A stretch of 64,000 bases of DNA from Leptolyngbyaceae cyanobacterium (GTDB taxonomy: Bacteria > Cyanobacteriota > Cyanobacteriia > Phormidesmidales > Phormidesmidaceae): contig CBDHHL010000032.1 in NCBI GenBank assembly GCA_965263355.1, positions 1,760,001 through 1,824,000 on the forward strand, written 5' to 3'. Below the pieces are notes generated by a model that was not told where the DNA came from, ran no database searches, and saw only the letters and a list, made by a program, of their open reading frames with translations. The position numbers were made by a program, and so were the translations under genes. This document shows positions 59,392 through 64,000 of this stretch, in pieces (the stretch's first letter is position 1; each line of letters starts with the position of its first letter).

Positions 59392-60054
59392 TCAGCCTGT
59401 TATATTATCGACAACCGTTGCTCGGTTAAGCAGAGTACAAACTTGTTTATCGGTCACTTGCTCAAAGTTGTTGTACCAAAGGCCAATGGCATACAGGTGA
59501 CTAGGAACAGATAGACATATTAGCCGATCAACCTGCGGTTTTATTTGTTTATAGGCCTCCATAGCCGCAATGGGAGCCGTGACGATTAGCTGTCTTGGTT
59601 GTTGCGATCGCACCCACATCACCGCTGCCCGCATCGTTGCTCCAGTGGCCAGACCATCATCCACCAAAATAACAATGCGATCATAAACAGTTACTACAGA
59701 ACGATCACCCCGATAGACCTGTTCCCGTCGTCGGAGTTCCTGGAGTTCATCGTTTGTAATGGCGTCAAGTTCCTGTTTTGTTATTCCTAGATAACGAATG
59801 GCCTGGTTATTAATCACTCGCACACCATCAGCGGAAATGGCTCCAATGGCACTTTCTTTATTACCAGGCTCCCCCAGTTTTCTAACCAGGCAAATATCCA
59901 AGGTTAAATTGAGGGCACGGGCAATCTCATAGGCAACGGGGACTCCCCCTCGGGGTAACGCCAACACCAAAACATCGGCACGGTTAGCGTAGGCCTTTAA
60001 CTGCTGTGCCAGTTGCTGGCCCGCATCGGTGCGATCGCGAAATCGGCTGGTCAT
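59392..60054 (-). CDS. phosphoribosyltransferase family protein
   Basis: FRDRTDAG, LPRGGVPV, ILVDDGLATGAT PRPP-binding motif. Confidence 0.92.
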   Translation of the reverse strand: MTSRFRDRTDAGQQLAQQLKAYANRADVLVLALPRGGVPVAYEIARALNLTLDICLVRKLGEPGNKESAIGAISADGVRVINNQAIRYLGITKQELDAITNDELQELRRREQVYRGDRSVVTVYDRIVILVDDGLATGATMRAAVMWVRSQQPRQLIVTAPIAAMEAYKQIKPQVDRLICLSVPSHLYAIGLWYNNFEQVTDKQVCTLLNRATVVDNITG

Positions 60055-60241
60055 GGGTTTATCCCCCGCAGTGTTACGACACAGGTCAGAAAACACCCTA
60101 ATCTTAGGATATAAGACGATTCTGAGGACCGTATGAAGGATATTGAATTTTAGCCGCTATCAGGGCAAGCTCTGATTAAACCAGGTAAGGTCCGTTGAGA
60201 AAATCCCCTGGCAGATCGTTGGTCATACCCTCGATAATGTA

Positions 60242-60316
60242 GTAACCATGTCCACGTCCAGATCTGAATCTTTTTCCATAGAAGCAGCTATAGGTGTCAA
60301 CGTGGACATGGTTTAG
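60242..60316 (+). repeat. family B element with perfect 13-bp terminal IR
   Basis: AACCATGTCCACG ... CGTGGACATGGTT. Confidence 0.75.
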
Positions 60317-60338
60317 TCGACTTTTCAAAGGAGTTAAG

Positions 60339-60977
60339 ATGGAAAAAAGTTTTTGGCTTCAGAAATGGGAGAACAATAAAATTGCTTTCCACAAAAGTGA
60401 AGCTAATCCCCTATTGGTCAAATACTTTAAAGAACTTTCTTTAGAGAAAGGTAGCCGCATATTTGTACCACTATGTGGTAAAACCCTTGATATTGCTTGG
60501 CTGCTTGCCAATGGCTATCGTGTGGCTGGGGCTGAACTGATCGAAATGGCCATTGAGCAATTATTTACAGAGCTGGGGATAGAGCCCAAAATTTCAAAAG
60601 CTGGCAGTGTAAAGCACTACAGTGCCGAAAATATTGACATATTTGTCGGCAATATTTTCGATGTATCCAGCAAGATACTTGGCCCTGTCGATGCCGTTTA
60701 TGACAGAGCCGCGCTGGTGGCCCTACCCACAGCAATGCGCGATCGCTATACAGTACACTTAACTGAGATTACGGCTAAAGCACCACAGCTGCTGGTTAGC
60801 TACGAATATGACCAAACTGTAATGGGCGGTCCTCCTTTTTCAGTGAGTAACGAGGAAGTCAGTCAACATTATGGCAATAGTTATGACGTAACCCTCCTTA
60901 TGAGCAAAGATGTACCTGGTGGCTTAAAAGAGAGATGTACTGCCCAAGAAAATGTTTGGTTGTTGCAAACAAACTAG
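60339..60977 (+). CDS. tpm: thiopurine S-methyltransferase
   Basis: AAGGAG RBS; FWLQKW, FVPLCGKTLD, YDRAALVALP, GPPFSV. Confidence 0.92.
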   Translation: MEKSFWLQKWENNKIAFHKSEANPLLVKYFKELSLEKGSRIFVPLCGKTLDIAWLLANGYRVAGAELIEMAIEQLFTELGIEPKISKAGSVKHYSAENIDIFVGNIFDVSSKILGPVDAVYDRAALVALPTAMRDRYTVHLTEITAKAPQLLVSYEYDQTVMGGPPFSVSNEEVSQHYGNSYDVTLLMSKDVPGGLKERCTAQENVWLLQTN

Positions 60978-61086
60978 ATTCTGTGGTGACATAGGTAATG
61001 CAACAGTGCCAGAAAATTTGAAAACCCTAGGGTGGCGGCTGTTATAAACAATTCAACCAAACTAAATTCTCATGATCTGAGAGACT

Positions 61087-61392
61087 TTATTCTGATTCAT
61101 CATCAACAGGGATTGCCTCACCTTCGCTTTCATCCTCAACAGAGATGATTTCTGCATCAACAGAGATTACCCTATCTTCGCTTTCATCTTCAACAGAGAT
61201 GATTTCTGCATCAACAGAGATTACCCCATCTTCGTTTTCATCCTCAACAGAGATGATTTCTGCATCAACAGGGGCTGTCTCAACCTCGCTAACAGGCGTA
61301 ATTTCTATTGCCTCAGCTTTATTTACTACGTTTTTGTTTAACTGAGCTGAGTGCTTGCGTATCTTTTTGACATTACGCCAATTATTTCTCAT
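61087..61392 (-). CDS. small protein with a basic N-terminus and acidic 18-aa repeats
   Basis: Three 54-bp repeats encoding VDAEIISVEDE(N/S)E. Confidence 0.6.
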   Translation of the reverse strand: MRNNWRNVKKIRKHSAQLNKNVVNKAEAIEITPVSEVETAPVDAEIISVEDENEDGVISVDAEIISVEDESEDRVISVDAEIISVEDESEGEAIPVDDESE

Positions 61393-61557
61393 GTCGTTAA
61401 TTTACCCTAGGTAAGTCCTCCTAGAGACTATAACCATCCAAGGGAAGCAAGCCTCCATAAGGCCTGAAATTTATATAGATATCTCACACAACCTACAAAA
61501 ATTTTAACTCTATGATGTATGCCAGGATGCAACAAGATAGACCATCCTATGAATGCT

Positions 61558-62508
61558 TCAAATACAAAAGATACAGCGACCCATGGATAGGTCAAACATG
61601 TGCAGGTTGTATTCTTTCGATAGTGCTTCAAACACTCGTAACCCGCGCACGCTGTTGCCGTTGTCATCAATCGGTGGTGAGAATGTAGCAATGCCTGCTT
61701 TTCCTGGAATTATGGCCAAAATACCGCCAGAGACGCCACTCTTGGCCGGTATCCCTACCCGATAGGCCCATTCCCCAGCCCGGTTATACATGCCGCAGGT
61801 ATACATAATACTCAGCAGATCCCGCACATAGTTCTCATTGATTGCACGAGTTTGAGTAATGGGGTTTTCACCATGGTTAGCTATGGTGGCCGCCATGGTA
61901 GCCAGGTCACAGCAGGTAACCATAACAGAACATTGCTGAAAGTATAGGTCAAGCGCCGCATCAATGTCCTGATCAATCATGCCAAAATTGAGCATCAGAT
62001 GCGCCATGGCCCGATTACGATGGCCGGTAGCACGCTCCGACATAAATGTAGGCATATCAATAAACACCTCATGCCCGATGTAACGCTCAAACATTTTGAG
62101 CATGCGGTTGAGTTTATCGGTAGGGCTATTTCCCTTGAGCAAACTGCTAGTAGCAATGGCTCCGGCATTAATCATTGGGTTATAGGGGCGGTGGGACCCT
62201 TCATCCAGACGAATAATTGAGTTAAACGGGTCCCCGGTAGGCTCTACACCGACTTTCTCCAACAAGACGTCTCGACCATGATCCTCTAGGGCTAAACCGT
62301 AGCAAAAGACTTTAGAAATTGACTGAATCGTAAATTTCTGGGCGGTATCACCCACATTAAACACCTGACCATCGGTAGTGACTACGCTGATACCAAACCA
62401 GTCTGGATTTGCCTTTGACAGCTCCGGAATATAATCCGCCACTTGTCCCGAATCCGTCGCAGAATAGGTATGGTGTAGCTTTTCTAAAAAAGCTTGCAAT
62501 TGTGCCAT
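61558..62508 (-). CDS. glsA: glutaminase A
   Basis: [36 protein letters not shown]. Confidence 0.96.
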   Translation of the reverse strand: MAQLQAFLEKLHHTYSATDSGQVADYIPELSKANPDWFGISVVTTDGQVFNVGDTAQKFTIQSISKVFCYGLALEDHGRDVLLEKVGVEPTGDPFNSIIRLDEGSHRPYNPMINAGAIATSSLLKGNSPTDKLNRMLKMFERYIGHEVFIDMPTFMSERATGHRNRAMAHLMLNFGMIDQDIDAALDLYFQQCSVMVTCCDLATMAATIANHGENPITQTRAINENYVRDLLSIMYTCGMYNRAGEWAYRVGIPAKSGVSGGILAIIPGKAGIATFSPPIDDNGNSVRGLRVFEALSKEYNLHMFDLSMGRCIFCI

Positions 62509-62558
62509 AGTCGATGCCTCACCCGCTCGATAGCATCATAGTGTGAAATTGCCGTCGG

Positions 62559-64000
62559 TTAAACTGTCAGCCGCTTACCCTCAGCATCTAAGGTTTTGAC
62601 CAAAAACGCCCACTTGTCAGCGACTTCCTCAATAATTTTGGTTGTGGGTTTACCAGCTCCGTGGCCTGCCTTAGTCTCAATGCGAATCAAGACTGGGTTA
62701 TCGCCTTGATGGACAGCCTGGAGCGCGGCTGCAAACTTAAAACTGTGGGCGGGCACCACCCGATCATCATGGTCAGCTGTGGTAATCAGAGTGGATGGGT
62801 AGCTGGCCGAGGTGAGATTATGTAACGGAGAATAGGCATACAGCGCTTCAAACTCCTCAGGATTTTGGGGAGACCCATAGTCACTTTCCCAGGCCCAGCC
62901 AATGGTGAACTGATTAAATCGCAACATATCCATCACCCCTACGGCAGGCAGTGCTGCCGCAAATAGGTCAGGACGTTGAATTATGCAGGCACCCACCAGA
63001 AGACCGCCATTACTGCCGCCCATAATGGCCAAATTTTCCGGTGCGGTGTAATTGTTGTCAACTAACCACTCAGCTGCACCAATAAAATCATCAAATACAT
63101 TTTGCTTATTCAGCTTTGTTCCGGCCTGGTGCCAGGTTTCACCATATTCTCCCCCGCCGCGCAGGTTTGCCAACGCATAGATGCCGCCCATTTCTAGCCA
63201 CACTAGATTACTCACAGAGAAACTAGGCCTGAGGGAAATATTAAAACCACCGTAGCCATAGAGCAGTGTGGGGGTTTGACCATTGGGCGTTATACCCTTT
63301 TTGTGGGTGATAAACATGGGTACTTGGGTGCCGTCTTTGCTGGTGTAAAACACCTGCTGGGTTTCATATTGGCTTGGGTCAAATGCGACATCAGCATCAC
63401 GGAACAGACGTTGTTCTCCGGTCTCCAGGTTGTAGCGATAGATACGACTGGGAACTGTAAAACTAGAAAACCGATAAAACGTTTCCGTATCGTCTTTTTT
63501 ACCGTCAAACCCACCGGCTGAACCAATGCCCGGTAGTTCTACCGTTCTGAGGGGTTGCCCCGTCAAGTCAAAGATTTGAATGGTGGTGTAGGCATCCTTA
63601 AGATAGTTAGCCACAAACTGGTTGTTGATAAGACTCACGGAGTCCAGCGTTTCTTCAGCTTCTGGAATAATCTCCTTGGGTACCTTTTCCTGGGCTAAAT
63701 CTAGGGCAATAACTCGACCACGGGATGCGTCTAAATCTGTCTGAAACCAAAATGTAGTACCGTCATTATCAATCAACCTATAGGAGGCTTCAAACTCACT
63801 GATGAGTTCAACAACGTCACCATTGGGATCTTGCAGATCTTTATAAAAGATCAGATTTTTGCGCTCAGTGCTACGCCAAACTCCAATCATCAGATAACGG
63901 CCATCGTTGGTTACTCGCCCTTGAAATCCCCACTCCTTTTCATCCGGGCGTTCATAGATTAGCGTATCCTCTGACTGGGGAGTGCCCAGACGATGGTAGA
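62559..64000 (-). CDS. prolyl oligopeptidase (S9A), 5' end outside the window
   Basis: LYGYGGFN, GGSNGGLL, DHDDRVVPAHS, AGHGAG; frame stays open to the window edge. Confidence 0.95.
   Translation of the reverse strand, partial: YHRLGTPQSEDTLIYERPDEKEWGFQGRVTNDGRYLMIGVWRSTERKNLIFYKDLQDPNGDVVELISEFEASYRLIDNDGTTFWFQTDLDASRGRVIALDLAQEKVPKEIIPEAEETLDSVSLINNQFVANYLKDAYTTIQIFDLTGQPLRTVELPGIGSAGGFDGKKDDTETFYRFSSFTVPSRIYRYNLETGEQRLFRDADVAFDPSQYETQQVFYTSKDGTQVPMFITHKKGITPNGQTPTLLYGYGGFNISLRPSFSVSNLVWLEMGGIYALANLRGGGEYGETWHQAGTKLNKQNVFDDFIGAAEWLVDNNYTAPENLAIMGGSNGGLLVGACIIQRPDLFAAALPAVGVMDMLRFNQFTIGWAWESDYGSPQNPEEFEALYAYSPLHNLTSASYPSTLITTADHDDRVVPAHSFKFAAALQAVHQGDNPVLIRIETKAGHGAGKPTTKIIEEVADKWAFLVKTLDAEGKRLTV

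Noticed and set aside
41891..60316. Family B repeats as integron attC sites
   Set aside because: The ends (CTAAAC...GTTTAG) do not match RYYYAAC/GTTRRRY well, the copies do not separate a tandem cassette array, and no integrase is present.
1..64000. tRNA, rRNA or transposase genes
   Set aside because: No cloverleaf, rRNA signature or DDE/HUH transposase ORF was recognised; a tRNAscan/Rfam run would be needed to exclude small RNAs.

Overview
64 kb of chromosome from a filamentous cyanobacterium. HIP1 GCGATCGC octamers, hps genes and PEP-CTERM proteins support this, and a Leptolyngbya/Nodosilineales-like identity is an inference. Most of the window is core genome: a GspE/PilB ATPase, phosphate-scavenging phosphatases including PhoX, hpsL-N-O-P, udg, pyrF-tyrS, a class A PBP, DnaJ proteins, gdhA, lepB, mlaDF, yvcK, iscA, glsA and a prolyl oligopeptidase. 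The most notable region is an accessory locus at about 8.6-16.2 kb. There a small helical Bell-like protein ending in an N/Q/G/T-rich amyloid-like tail (14649-14194, minus strand) is separated by one in-frame TAG from an NB-ARC + TPR NLR. The NLR has no standard start codon upstream of its Walker A. Its sensor is 14 near-identical 120-bp repeats that shuffle a few amino-acid variants. This looks like an amyloid-signalling NLR immune system, either expressed by stop-codon readthrough or recently switched off. Other observations are an unannotated 53-aa internally deleted Rpn (candidate orphan antitoxin), an LCIB-like beta-carbonic anhydrase candidate, a lipoprotein/PEP-CTERM metzincin inserted in the hps cluster, several pseudogenes, and at least three families of small dispersed repeats (a 135-bp MITE, a ~75-bp element and GTAG-REPs). 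No tRNA, rRNA, CRISPR array or transposase gene was recognised. Family names come from motif recognition, not database searches.
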